A DNA stretch of 54,979 bases from a bacterium (GCA_021796335.1 JAJYHZ010000003.1:1-54979), one strand, 5' to 3'. Shown: positions 39,446-49,715, numbered from the stretch's first letter. Made by a program: numbers and translations. Notes: a model not told the origin generated them from the sequence alone.

Positions 39446-40654
39446 ATGAAATTTCACTATATCGCTTCGGAGGCGAATGGAAAAATTAAGGAGGGGGAAA
39501 TGGAGGCAAACGGGGTTGCGGAGGTTCTGGAATTTTTATCGGCGGAAGGACTCAAGCCCGTTTCTTTAAAAAAAGAAGAAGAATCTGTCGTGAAAAAATG
39601 GCATCTTTTTGAATCGTCGATTTCCGCAAGCGACAAGATTTTTCTGACCAAATATTTATCATTAATGTTGAGGATCGGAAGTGATTTATTCAAGGCTGTC
39701 GATATTTTGATTTCAGATTTTGACAAAGAGTCGGTAAGGTCATTTCTGTTTGAAGTCAGGGATAATTTAAGTAAAGGACAGCCGTTTCATGTCGCCTTTG
39801 AAAAATATCCAAAATATTTTTCTCCTGTTTTCGTTAATTTAGTGAGAGCGGGTGAAGTTTCGGGAAGTTTGGATAAAACTTTTGAAAAATTAAGCGAGAC
39901 TTTGCAGAAAGATCAGGAGCTAAGCCATGAGGTCCGAGCAGCTTTGACATACCCGATTTTGCTTGTCATCGTTTCGGTCTTAATAGTATTTTTCATTTCC
40001 ACATTCGCTTTACCGAAGATTGCGAAATTATTCACGGACAGCGGATTCGAACCGCCTCTTTTTTCAAAAATAGTTTTTGCAATCGGTTTATTTTTGAACC
40101 AATATTTCTTAATTATTTTAGCCGTTGTCATCGGCTTGGTTGTCGCTTTCTGGCTTCTGATGACCCAAACAGTCGCTTTTAAAAAAATATTCCAAAGGTT
40201 TATAAGGAAATTGCCCTTGATCGGGCCGTTATTGAAAAAAATCGCTTTGCAGCGATTTGCCGTAACTTTTGCGTCACTGTTGTCTTCTGGCTTGCCGATT
40301 TTGAAATCTTTGGAAATTACCGCCAATGCTGTGGGCGATGAGGAACTGAAGGAATCTTTGATTCGTATCGCCGATGAGGGGATAGCCAAGGGATTGACGA
40401 TAGGAGAAGCTTTCAAAAAAGAACCGGCCTTTCCGAAAATCATATCGAATTTCGTTTCGATTTCGGAAAAAAGCGGGAATCTTTCCGGCATTCTGTTTAC
40501 AATCTCTGATTTTTACGAGATTGAAATAAAATCTTCCATAAAAGTTCTTATTTCTTTTTTGGAGCCGATTCTTTTGTTGTTTATCGGTATTATTGTCGGA
40601 ACGATTGCTTTGGCGGTTATCGTACCGGTTTATCAATTAGTGGGAAAGTTCTAA
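39446..40654 (+). CDS. pilC: Type IV pilus platform protein PilC/GspF
   Basis: GE.SG.L, ALTYP, LEP, three TM regions. Confidence 0.93.
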   Translation: MKFHYIASEANGKIKEGEMEANGVAEVLEFLSAEGLKPVSLKKEEESVVKKWHLFESSISASDKIFLTKYLSLMLRIGSDLFKAVDILISDFDKESVRSFLFEVRDNLSKGQPFHVAFEKYPKYFSPVFVNLVRAGEVSGSLDKTFEKLSETLQKDQELSHEVRAALTYPILLVIVSVLIVFFISTFALPKIAKLFTDSGFEPPLFSKIVFAIGLFLNQYFLIILAVVIGLVVAFWLLMTQTVAFKKIFQRFIRKLPLIGPLLKKIALQRFAVTFASLLSSGLPILKSLEITANAVGDEELKESLIRIADEGIAKGLTIGEAFKKEPAFPKIISNFVSISEKSGNLSGILFTISDFYEIEIKSSIKVLISFLEPILLLFIGIIVGTIALAVIVPVYQLVGKF

Positions 40655-40690
40655 ATTAAAAATCGGAGTATTGAAAATCGAAAGATTAAA

Positions 40691-41221
40691 ATGCGTGAAA
40701 TCAAATACAATAGAAGAAAAAAACAAGAAAATTTCAATTATTCAAATTTTCAATCTTGCAATTTGAATGGCGGTTTTACCCTGGTTGAAACAGTGCTTGT
40801 GATCGTCATTGTCGCGATTTTGGCGACTTTTGCGAGTTTCAATCTTTACGGTTCTTACCAAAATCAGCAATTGCAAAGCGATGCGGAAGAAATCGCTTAT
40901 GCGCTGCGCGGAGCTAGAGACAATTCCGTAAATCAAAAAAATTCCGACGAGTGGGGCGTTCATTTTGACAATGCCGCCAGCCCGACCGGATTTTTCGCCG
41001 TCTTTGAGGGTGCGAATTACGCTTCCGGAAAAAATATCGTCCGTACGAATTTAAGTTCTTCCGTAATTTTTAAAAATCCGCCCGTAGCCAGTTCGACTGA
41101 TATAATTTTTTCGAAAATGGCCGGATTGCCGTCAAGCGCCGCTTCCATTATAATCTCTTTAAATAATTCCTCATCCACCAAGGCAATAACAGTCAATTCG
41201 AGCGGAGAAATAAGTTATTAA
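40691..41221 (+). CDS. Minor pilin (FimU/GspH-like)
   Basis: G|FTLVETVLVIVIVAIL; WGVHF; ITVNSSG. Confidence 0.85.
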   Translation: MREIKYNRRKKQENFNYSNFQSCNLNGGFTLVETVLVIVIVAILATFASFNLYGSYQNQQLQSDAEEIAYALRGARDNSVNQKNSDEWGVHFDNAASPTGFFAVFEGANYASGKNIVRTNLSSSVIFKNPPVASSTDIIFSKMAGLPSSAASIIISLNNSSSTKAITVNSSGEISY

Positions 41222-41224
41222 AAA

Positions 41225-44200
41225 ATGAAAAATCAAAACGGCCAGTCGTTAATGGAGATTTTAATAGGTCTGACCATCGGGGCCGCCGTAATAGGCGGAG
41301 TTTCCGCTTTAATTGCCGTCAATATGAGAAGTTCTTCCGACGCGAATTTGATACAAACAGCATCTAATCTGGCGCAGGATGAATTGAACTTGGTAAAATC
41401 GTCGGCGCAATCCGATTGGCACACGGTTTACAATCTGCAAAAAGGGGAAAACAGTCCCTATTATTTTTCGACTTCGACGGCAACCACTTCTTCTTCGACA
41501 CCTTATGATTTTTCCGGCGGGACTTTTGCAAGTACGACAATGAGCGGATCAAGCGTCGTGCTTCAGATAGAATCGCCGAACAATTTCGGTTCCGGAGCAG
41601 ACGGACCTCTGACTATCGCGCCTTCCGCGAATTATAATATAAATACGGACCAGAATTCCGATGCTAATAACAGCGATCCGGAAAAAGGAAATCGCACTTG
41701 CGCGGACGGAGCCGTATATGATGTCAATTCTTTGACTTCAAATTCCGCGACTTTGGCTTCAACTCCGGCAGCCGGCTGTCTGGTCCCGAATGATCTGGTT
41801 TTATTGATTAATGAGCAGGGCAACAGCGGTTCAACGGTTAATGTTGGTAATTACGAAATTTTGTCAGTGAATTCAGTTTCGGGTAATGTTGTTAATTTGA
41901 CCCAAAACAAAAAGTACTATGGCAGCGGAAATAGTGATAATATTGGCGATTGGAAATCTATTTCAAGTGACGACGAATCGACTTTAGCGATTAAAACAGA
42001 TGGCACTCTTTGGGCTTGGGGCGGTAACTGGGATGGTGGATTAGGATTAGGATCGGGGTCAAACATTTATTATTATTCACCTGTTCAAGTCGGTACTGAT
42101 AGCCATTGGGAATCAGTTTCATTGGGAGGCACTTACAGCAGTAAAACTGATAATTTCACTTTGGCAATTAAAACAGATGGCACTCTTTGGGCCTGGGGCA
42201 GTAACAATTATGGACAATTAGGCATAGGAAATACCGTTAATCAATTTTCTCCGGTTGAAGTTGGAACGTCTACTGATTGGAAATCGGTTTCAGCGGGAGA
42301 AGGATTTACTTTAGCAATCAAAACAGACGGCACTCTTTGGGCATGGGGAATTAACGATTGGGGTCAGTTGGGATTGGGTAATAATACGAACTACAATACT
42401 CCGCAACAGGTGGGAACGTCCGCAAATTGGGGGTCAATTTCAGCTGGAGAAAGTTCTAATTGGTGGGTAGGACATGGTTTTGCCTTGGCAACTAAAACAG
42501 ATGGCACTCTTTGGGCTTGGGGATACAATGGAAACGGTCAATTAGGTTTGGGGAATACTAATTCCTATTCTACGCCGCAGCAGGTGGGAACATCCACAAA
42601 CTGGAAGTCAATTTCAGCAGGAGATAATTTTTCTTTAGCGATTAAAACCGATGATACTTTATGGGCTTGGGGATTGAATAATACTGGGCAACTAGGTTTA
42701 GATAATCAAATAAATTATACTTCTCCGCAACAAGTAGGTAACGAGATAAACTGGCAATCAGCTTCAGCTGGAGATGCATTTTCATTGGCAATTAAAACAG
42801 ATGGCACTCTTTGGGCTTGGGGAGGAAATGGTTATGGTCAGCTTGGTTTAGGCAATACCGTTAATCAACTTTTGCCGGTCCAAGTCGGGACAAATAATAA
42901 TTGGCAATTTGCTTTGGCGAGTGGAAACGATTTTTATGATAACTATAGCAGTTCTTCAGCTTTGGGCTCTTCTTTTGCAATCCAAGCCGATAATGTTTTA
43001 TGGGTTTGGGGATCAAATAACGTCGGTCAATTGGGTTTGGGTATTCAGGCAAGCCAACAGTTGCCAACCCCTTTGCCTTACCAAAAAATAATTTTGCAAA
43101 GAATTCCGCAATACACTGATGTTACGGTAAATAGCGGAGGCAGTTTGACTGCCAACACCTGGAGTGGAACTGACGGCGGAATTCTGGCGTTTTTTGCCAA
43201 TGGGAAAATAACTATTGCGGGCAATATCAACATGCAGGGAAATGGGTACAGAACTTTTCCCGATACCGGCAGTTCTTATAGTAGCTTCGGTTCAGGAGAA
43301 TCGCGTTCTGGGCCTGGACTTTTAGAGTCGGGCGCCAATAACGACGGCGGTGGCGGCGGTGGGTATTTTTGGGATATTGGTTCTTATGATAGTAACTATT
43401 CCGGCGGGGGAGGTTACGGTATGCCGGGCGCTGACGGATTAGAAGGCAAAGGTGGAAATCAATACGGAAGTCAAACTTTGTCTTCCCAGATATTTTTGGG
43501 AAGCGCCGGCGGAGCTTATGATGGAGGAGGAGAGCCGCCTTGCTATAATACTTATTATTCCGGAGGAAATGGAGGAGGAATAGTTTTAATTAAAGGAAAT
43601 AACATTTCCATAAGCGGAGCAATTAATAATAGCGGAGGCAATGTTAATTGTCCTGATCCCGGAACCGGTTCCGGAGGATCAATTTACTTAGAAGGCAGTT
43701 CAATTGATGTTGGAAATAAAATAGTGACAGCAATAGCGGGGACAGGCGGAACTACCGGAGGAGTGGGCAGAATACATATAAAATACGGGACATTAAATGG
43801 AACCACGAACCCAAGCGCCTTTATGGAACATGGCTTTTATTATCCGGTCGGAACTTATACTTCAAGCATAATTGATACGCTTAAAAATAATTCAACCGCT
43901 GTTTTCAGCTGGAATGTTACTTTAAACGGAAACAGTTCCATTACCATGCAAGCGCGCGGAGCAAACAGTAATTCCGGAGTTTCATCAAAGCAATGGTGCT
44001 CCGTTACAAACGGAGGGGACATCTTAAGTTTGGGCAGTTCCTGCGCCGACCCCAACAGCAGGTACTTCCAGTTCAAGGCCACTTTATACGCTTCAAGCGA
44101 CAGAACGCAAACGCCTTATTTAAATTCGGTCGCCATAAATAATTTTTACCAGTCCAATTTTATTGCCGGAAAAGAATCGGTCAATATGAACGGGACAATT

Positions 44201-44872
44201 TTTACCAGATATTTTTATCTGGATAACGTTAGCAGGAATGATTGCGGTATCGGCGATATTTCAACAAGCAGTCCGACGGGTTGCATTAATATTCAAGGAG
44301 CGGGCCAAAACGATATTGCCAATGATCCTTCAACGCAAAAAATCACGGTTGTTGTCGCGAAAGGGAGTAACGATATAATCCGCCAAAGCCAATACCTTAC
44401 AATGTTCAAGGATTATGTTTTCAAACAGAACGATTGGAGCGGGGGATCCAAACAAGAATATTTCCCGCCGGTCGTTAATAATAAATTCGCCGCTTTTACG
44501 GGAATTAGCGTTTCTACTCCGGGAAATTTAACAATGACCTCGCCGACAACCACCATATCCTATTTAATTTCGTCGGTTTTTTATTCCGGATTGGCCAATT
44601 TGAACAGCATTTTGTGGCAGGGATTGACAAACGGCGGCAGCGTACAGTTCCAGATAGCTTCTGCGAATTCTTCAGCAGGGCCGTGGAATTATCTCGGTCC
44701 TGACGGGACAAATTTAACTTATTACAGCGCCGGTCCGGGAATTTCCATTCAGCTTAATCCGCAATACAACGGTGGAATTTCTTATTTCCGATACAGGATA
44801 ATTTTGAACCCCGATTCGCAGGAGAAAAATTCGCCTTCGGTGAATAGTATCGTTATAAATTACAATATTTAG
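41225..44872 (+). CDS. Giant minor pilin/adhesin with RCC1 beta-propeller and Gly-rich domain
   Basis: G|QSLMEILI prepilin motif; 7 AIKTDGTLWAWG.N..GQLG repeats; Gly-rich region; 1215 aa. Confidence 0.9.
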   Translation: MKNQNGQSLMEILIGLTIGAAVIGGVSALIAVNMRSSSDANLIQTASNLAQDELNLVKSSAQSDWHTVYNLQKGENSPYYFSTSTATTSSSTPYDFSGGTFASTTMSGSSVVLQIESPNNFGSGADGPLTIAPSANYNINTDQNSDANNSDPEKGNRTCADGAVYDVNSLTSNSATLASTPAAGCLVPNDLVLLINEQGNSGSTVNVGNYEILSVNSVSGNVVNLTQNKKYYGSGNSDNIGDWKSISSDDESTLAIKTDGTLWAWGGNWDGGLGLGSGSNIYYYSPVQVGTDSHWESVSLGGTYSSKTDNFTLAIKTDGTLWAWGSNNYGQLGIGNTVNQFSPVEVGTSTDWKSVSAGEGFTLAIKTDGTLWAWGINDWGQLGLGNNTNYNTPQQVGTSANWGSISAGESSNWWVGHGFALATKTDGTLWAWGYNGNGQLGLGNTNSYSTPQQVGTSTNWKSISAGDNFSLAIKTDDTLWAWGLNNTGQLGLDNQINYTSPQQVGNEINWQSASAGDAFSLAIKTDGTLWAWGGNGYGQLGLGNTVNQLLPVQVGTNNNWQFALASGNDFYDNYSSSSALGSSFAIQADNVLWVWGSNNVGQLGLGIQASQQLPTPLPYQKIILQRIPQYTDVTVNSGGSLTANTWSGTDGGILAFFANGKITIAGNINMQGNGYRTFPDTGSSYSSFGSGESRSGPGLLESGANNDGGGGGGYFWDIGSYDSNYSGGGGYGMPGADGLEGKGGNQYGSQTLSSQIFLGSAGGAYDGGGEPPCYNTYYSGGNGGGIVLIKGNNISISGAINNSGGNVNCPDPGTGSGGSIYLEGSSIDVGNKIVTAIAGTGGTTGGVGRIHIKYGTLNGTTNPSAFMEHGFYYPVGTYTSSIIDTLKNNSTAVFSWNVTLNGNSSITMQARGANSNSGVSSKQWCSVTNGGDILSLGSSCADPNSRYFQFKATLYASSDRTQTPYLNSVAINNFYQSNFIAGKESVNMNGTIFTRYFYLDNVSRNDCGIGDISTSSPTGCINIQGAGQNDIANDPSTQKITVVVAKGSNDIIRQSQYLTMFKDYVFKQNDWSGGSKQEYFPPVVNNKFAAFTGISVSTPGNLTMTSPTTTISYLISSVFYSGLANLNSILWQGLTNGGSVQFQIASANSSAGPWNYLGPDGTNLTYYSAGPGISIQLNPQYNGGISYFRYRIILNPDSQEKNSPSVNSIVINYNI
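41948..43075 (+). repeat. Seven intragenic RCC1/BLIP-II repeats
   Basis: Near-identical gcaattaaaacagatggcactctttgggcttgggg cores at about 41987, 42164, 42314, 42488, 42638, 42788 and 42977. Confidence 0.9.
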
Positions 44873-44946
44873 TGAAATTATTTGAAACTGTTTTAATTTC
44901 GTCGAATAAATTGGCATATAAGTCATTTTAAGCGGCATTTCAATAA

Positions 44947-45408
44947 ATGAAATTTTCAGAAATTTTTATAATTAAAATCAGGCGGGGATTTGTGGCGTTG
45001 CCGATGATTCTTCTGATAAGCGGGATTGTTTTGGAAATTTCCGTGTCTCTTGCTCTAATAACTTTTTACGTAGTTCAAAACAGCGCGAACGGCAAATATT
45101 CTAATCAAGCCTTGTCCGCGGCGCAAGCGGGTATTGACGACGCATTGATGCAGCTGAAAAGAAATAATAATTTTTCAAATACCAACGGTTATAATTTGAC
45201 TGTTGAAAACAGTTTCGCAACAATCGTGGTTTGCAAGGATTTTTTGTCAACAACGTATGCTCCCTGTTCGGTATCGAATCCGGGAGAAGATGAAATAACT
45301 TCAACCGGGCAATCTTTCGGAAGAAGCAGAAAGATGCGTGCTATTGTTGATGTATCTACAAGTACCGGAGAAATTGATGTAAAATCAATACAGGAGATTT
45401 CGTTGTAA
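44947..45408 (+). CDS. Minor pilin (PilX-like)
   Basis: RG|FVAL without E5; A..AAQAGI.DAL; I.S.G. Confidence 0.75.
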   Translation: MKFSEIFIIKIRRGFVALPMILLISGIVLEISVSLALITFYVVQNSANGKYSNQALSAAQAGIDDALMQLKRNNNFSNTNGYNLTVENSFATIVVCKDFLSTTYAPCSVSNPGEDEITSTGQSFGRSRKMRAIVDVSTSTGEIDVKSIQEISL

Positions 45409-45542
45409 ATCATGAATTCCGCGTATAGTTTTCCCCGTAACGGGATTATGAGGCGGGAGATGAATTGAAATTAAATTTAACTTCGTAATTGAATTGAATA
45501 AAAAATTTTCTTATTTGATTCAAAAAATGAAGTTATGTGCGG

Positions 45543-47042
45543 ATGAAATTCAAAACTTTTTTAAATTTAATAAATCCTCAGCCTGAAATCGGCGGGTTTG
45601 AAATAAATGATTTTGGAATAAAATTTATCGAGTTAAGGGGGAAAAAGACAAGTCTTGCGTCAATTCAATTGCCGCCGGGGATTATCGAGGAGGGGAAAAT
45701 TAAGGATAAAGATAAATTTTTTGAAATTATCTCCGAATTCCGGAATAAAATAACAAAGAGTAAGCGGAAAAAAATACACATAGTCGCCAGTATTTCAGAT
45801 ACCAATATTTATACGGAATCCTTTGTTCTCCCGCGATCAGTCGGTTCAAAACTTAACGAAGCCGCTGATTTGAACTTGCGGATGATCTCCCCTATTGATT
45901 TTGACGCTTCTTATCATGACTGGCAGCTGGTGGGGGAGCGGCTGGTAAACGGAACAAGTCAGCTGGAAATTTTCGGCGCTTTTATTCCGAAACAGGCAGT
46001 GGACGATTTTGAAGAGATTTTACTTAAGGCTGGATTTGAGGTTGTCGCTTTCGAATTTCCGACTTATGCTTTGACGCGGACGATAATGGAAATCGGGGAA
46101 GGATTTGCGAAAGAAAAAAATTACCTTTTGGTGAAAATCGGATCAGACAATCTGTCCTTTGGTTTGATTAAAAACGGCAATCTTAATTTTCTGCATTTCG
46201 TTTCCTGGAAATCCGTTTACGGAGAAGAGAAAAAAATACCTTTGCAAAGTTTTGAGAATTTGATTGTTGATGAAGTTAAAAAAGTTTTGAAATTTCAGGA
46301 GACTCATTCGACTACGGCAATCGACGGGCTGATTTTATTCTCGCCAAATTTAATAAAAGAGCTTTCAAAAATAATTTCAGATAATTTTCCCAATCTGCCG
46401 TTGATGATGCCGAATATAAACAAATTTAAAGATTTGGCTCCGGCGTGGTTCGGCGTTTTAGGTTCGGCCTTAAGAGGCGCTTTTTTCGCCGATACCTCAA
46501 GCAAGATGATTAATTTGGCGGGTTCGGAAACTACCAAGAGGTTTGACACTTATCAAATCTTAAGTTTTATCAAAATTTGGAGGAGTTTGATCGTGATATT
46601 TTTTGGATTGGTTTTGATTTTTTATGCGGGGCTGGACGTTTTTCTTTATAAATACGCGAGCCAACTGGCCGATCAGAATCAAAATGTAAAAAATCCGGAA
46701 GTTCAGATGTTGGGCCAGCTGCAGAAAGCAGCCGAGGATTTCAATCAAAAAGTGGATAATTATTATCAAATCCGCCAAAATGAGCTTAATTGGTCTTCAT
46801 TCTTCCAGAATGTGGAGAGTTTGGCGGGCGCTGATATAACAATAAAACGCATTTATGTGCAATCGAAAAATTCGCCGGTATTACTATTAGGAGAAGCATC
46901 GAATAATGACGCGATAATTGCTTTTAAAAAAGCGTTGGAGAGCGACAATCATTTCTCAAATATTAATTTTGAACTTTCCAGTATTGTTCCTGACGGGAAA
47001 AACTACGATTTCAGTATAAGTTTTTCCATTATTAAAATTTAA
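45543..47042 (+). CDS. PilM-like domain fused to TM and PilN-like domain
   Basis: G.EI.D..IK, LP.G.I.EG.I.D (PilM-like); TM at about aa 345-370; C-terminal L.G.A......F...L....F..I (PilN-like). Confidence 0.75.
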   Translation: MKFKTFLNLINPQPEIGGFEINDFGIKFIELRGKKTSLASIQLPPGIIEEGKIKDKDKFFEIISEFRNKITKSKRKKIHIVASISDTNIYTESFVLPRSVGSKLNEAADLNLRMISPIDFDASYHDWQLVGERLVNGTSQLEIFGAFIPKQAVDDFEEILLKAGFEVVAFEFPTYALTRTIMEIGEGFAKEKNYLLVKIGSDNLSFGLIKNGNLNFLHFVSWKSVYGEEKKIPLQSFENLIVDEVKKVLKFQETHSTTAIDGLILFSPNLIKELSKIISDNFPNLPLMMPNINKFKDLAPAWFGVLGSALRGAFFADTSSKMINLAGSETTKRFDTYQILSFIKIWRSLIVIFFGLVLIFYAGLDVFLYKYASQLADQNQNVKNPEVQMLGQLQKAAEDFNQKVDNYYQIRQNELNWSSFFQNVESLAGADITIKRIYVQSKNSPVLLLGEASNNDAIIAFKKALESDNHFSNINFELSSIVPDGKNYDFSISFSIIKI

Positions 47043-47070
47043 ATTGAAAAATCATCTTTTTGTTGCTATA

Positions 47071-47105
47071 TTAATCCCACACATAAAATTTATGTGCGGG
47101 ATTAA
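47071..47105. repeat. Near-perfect ccc...ggg palindrome
   Basis: ttaatcccacacataaaatttatgtgcgggattaa, 10 nt before tRNA-Gly. Confidence 0.65.
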
Positions 47106-47115
47106 TTTGATTATT

Positions 47116-47187
47116 GCGGGCGTCGTATAGTGGCTATTATGCTAGCCTTCCAAGCTGGAGACGAGGGTTCGATTCCCTTCGCCCGCT
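47116..47187 (+). tRNA. tRNA-Gly (anticodon TCC), CCA not encoded
   Basis: Acceptor gcgggcg/cgcccgc; anticodon arm ctagc-cttccaa-gctgg; T-arm gagggttcgattccctt. Confidence 0.96.
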
Positions 47188-47194
47188 CAAAATT

Positions 47195-48622
47195 ATGGCT
47201 GCTTATAAACCAACAATTGGTTTAGAAATTCATACTATTTTAAAAACCCAGACAAAAATGTTTTGCGGGTGTTTAAACGTACCCGATGAAAAACAACCAA
47301 ATGCAAATATTTGCCCGATTTGCATGGCTCATCCCGGGACATTACCGACGATAAACAAAGAAGCAGTTGAGAAGGTTATTAAATTAGGGATTGCTTTAAA
47401 TTCGCAGATTGCAGAAGTATCAAAATTTGATCGAAAAAATTATTTTTATCCTGATTTACCGAAAGCTTATCAACTTTCACAATATGATCAACCTTTGGTT
47501 AGTGGAGGAGAATTAAATGGAATTCGATTGCGCAGAATTCATTTGGAAGAAGATGCAGCAAGATTATTACATGATGAAAAAATAAAATCGACTTTGGTGG
47601 ATTTTAATCGTGCCGGAGTTCCTTTAATGGAATTAGTGACTGAGCCAGATGTGACAAATGGTAAACAGGCAACTGATTTTGCAAAAGAATTGCAGTTGAT
47701 AATGCGATATCTGGGAATTTCGGATGCTGATATGGAAAAGGGTCACATGCGAATTGAGGCAAACTTATCTTTAAGCGCCGATGAGAAATTGGGAACAAAA
47801 GTTGAAGTAAAAAATTTGAATTCTTTTAAGGCGGTGGGAGATGCGATTGATTATGAAATAAAAAGACAGACTGAATTTTTGGATAAGGGAGAAAAAATTA
47901 TCCAGGAAACGCGCGGTTGGGATGATAAAAATAAAAAAACCGTTTCGCAGAGGCTGAAAGAAGAAGCGCACGATTATCGTTATTTTCCGGAACCGGATTT
48001 GCCGTCGCTCAACATTAAAGAATTATTTGATTCGGAGAAAATAAAAATGGAAATGCCGGAATTGCCCGCACAAAAAAGAGAACGATTTGCAAAGCAATAC
48101 GGCCTAAATAAAGATCAATCCGGAATGTTGGTGGAGAATAAATTAATGGCTGGATATTTCGAAGAATCCGCAAGCGAGCTAGAGGAACTAGCTCCCGGGG
48201 CAAATTTTCAGAGTCTTTTCAATTATTTGACATCCGATTTAAAAGGATTGATGAAAGAGGGAGAAGTCGATTTCGGGGAAAAATTAAAAATCAGCCCGGA
48301 ATATTTCGCCCGTCTGATTTTCCTTATCTCGAAAAATGAATTAAACAGCAGAATGACTAAAGATATCTTGGCGGAAATGTTTAAAACAGGACTTAATCCG
48401 GAAGATGTTATAAAATTAAAAGGGTTGGATGAGACTGTGTCCGAGAAATCTTTAAGCGAAATAATCGATTCGGTAATTTCAGAAAATCCAAAAGCAATCG
48501 AGGACTATAAGAAGGGGCAAGAAAATGTCATCCAATTTTTAATAGGGAAGGCGATGCAAAAATTGAAAGGACGCGGTAACCCGGATCAGCTTAGAGATTT
48601 ATTTAAAGGGGAAATAAAGTAA
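47195..48622 (+). CDS. gatB: Asp/Glu-tRNA amidotransferase subunit B
   Basis: IGLEIH..L.T.TKMFC, RKNYFYPDLPK, DFNRAGVPLMELV, YRYFPEPDLP; ATG 47195. Confidence 0.97.
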   Translation: MAAYKPTIGLEIHTILKTQTKMFCGCLNVPDEKQPNANICPICMAHPGTLPTINKEAVEKVIKLGIALNSQIAEVSKFDRKNYFYPDLPKAYQLSQYDQPLVSGGELNGIRLRRIHLEEDAARLLHDEKIKSTLVDFNRAGVPLMELVTEPDVTNGKQATDFAKELQLIMRYLGISDADMEKGHMRIEANLSLSADEKLGTKVEVKNLNSFKAVGDAIDYEIKRQTEFLDKGEKIIQETRGWDDKNKKTVSQRLKEEAHDYRYFPEPDLPSLNIKELFDSEKIKMEMPELPAQKRERFAKQYGLNKDQSGMLVENKLMAGYFEESASELEELAPGANFQSLFNYLTSDLKGLMKEGEVDFGEKLKISPEYFARLIFLISKNELNSRMTKDILAEMFKTGLNPEDVIKLKGLDETVSEKSLSEIIDSVISENPKAIEDYKKGQENVIQFLIGKAMQKLKGRGNPDQLRDLFKGEIK

Positions 48623-48674
48623 ATTTTCCGGTCTGATATACAAATGCAGTTTCCCGACTGTAAGGTCGTGGGAA

Positions 48675-48714
48675 GTCTATTATTTTATCCGCCGCGGCGG
48701 ATAAAATAATAGAC
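48675..48714. repeat. Perfect 40-bp palindrome between convergent gatB and miaA
   Basis: gtctattattttatccgccg|cggcggataaaataatagac. Confidence 0.9.
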
Positions 48715-48734
48715 AGGTTATCCATGCTACTTAT

Positions 48735-49715
48735 CTAATCTAAAAAAGATTTTATGAGATTTATCGCCTTATCTGGGCTTTCAACCCAATAGATTTTTTT
48801 ATTCCTTTTAAACCAGGTCATCTGGCGTTTGGCGTATTTCTCACTTTCTTTTTGAATTAAGGCAATCATTTCCTGTTTGGAAATGAGGCCGCGCAAGTAG
48901 CGGGAGATAAAACGGTATTCCAGCCCGAAATCATCCAAACGTTTCCAGCTTATTCCATAGGAAGCAGAAGGCCTTCCTTCGGGGTTTAATGCTTTTCCAT
49001 TATGCAAATTTTCCACCTCTTTAATCATCCCTTGCTTGAGGCGTTTTTTAAGGCGTTTAAAAATCAATTTTCCCGATTCTTCTTTAGATTTTTTTATCCC
49101 TATTATAAGCGTGTTATGGAGTTCGCTATCAGTACTGATAGCGAACGGGATCGGTCTCTTTGTGGTTATCACTATTTCCAAGGCGCGGATAAGACGGCGG
49201 CGGTTATGTGAATCGATATTTCGGCTGCGCACAGGATCAATCTTTTCCAGTTTTGTAAAAAGTTCTTCGGCTGATAATTTTTCCAGTTTCTTGCGAAGCT
49301 TGAGTTGGGGAGGGACTTGGGGGAATCGCGAGCCATAGATAATCGAATCGATATACAATCCGGTGCCGCCGCAAATTATCGGAATTTTGTTTTTTTTCGA
49401 TATTTTTTCAATGGCCTTGTTCGCGAGCTTTTGATATTGGGCAACGGTGAATGTTCTTTTCGGATTTGCGACATCTAAAAGATAATGAGGAATGCCTTTA
49501 TAGAAATAACTGTTAGCTGTTAGTTCATAGTTTTTAGGGGGAAATTTGTCGCGGGGGATTTTACCAGCGCCCAAGTCCAGTCCGCGATAAACTTGGCGGG
49601 AATCGGCCGAAATAATTTCTCCGTTGAATTTTTTTGCTATTTCCACGGCGAGATCGGATTTTCCTGACGCGGTCGGGCCGAGGATTACGATAACTTTTTG
49701 TTTATTTTTAGTCAT
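48735..49715 (-). CDS. miaA: tRNA dimethylallyltransferase
   Basis: GPTASGKS, ISADSRQVY, GGTGLY, YAKRQMTWF. Confidence 0.96.
   Translation of the reverse strand: MTKNKQKVIVILGPTASGKSDLAVEIAKKFNGEIISADSRQVYRGLDLGAGKIPRDKFPPKNYELTANSYFYKGIPHYLLDVANPKRTFTVAQYQKLANKAIEKISKKNKIPIICGGTGLYIDSIIYGSRFPQVPPQLKLRKKLEKLSAEELFTKLEKIDPVRSRNIDSHNRRRLIRALEIVITTKRPIPFAISTDSELHNTLIIGIKKSKEESGKLIFKRLKKRLKQGMIKEVENLHNGKALNPEGRPSASYGISWKRLDDFGLEYRFISRYLRGLISKQEMIALIQKESEKYAKRQMTWFKRNKKIYWVESPDKAINLIKSFLD

Noticed and set aside
41948-43075. CRISPR array or DGR template/variable repeats
   Set aside because: The repeats are in-frame RCC1 blades with about 150-190 nt period; no cas or reverse transcriptase gene, and no adenine-specific variation pattern
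47114-47194. 27-aa N-terminal extension of GatB in the ORF track
   Set aside because: It is the tRNA-Gly gene; GatB starts at ATG 47195
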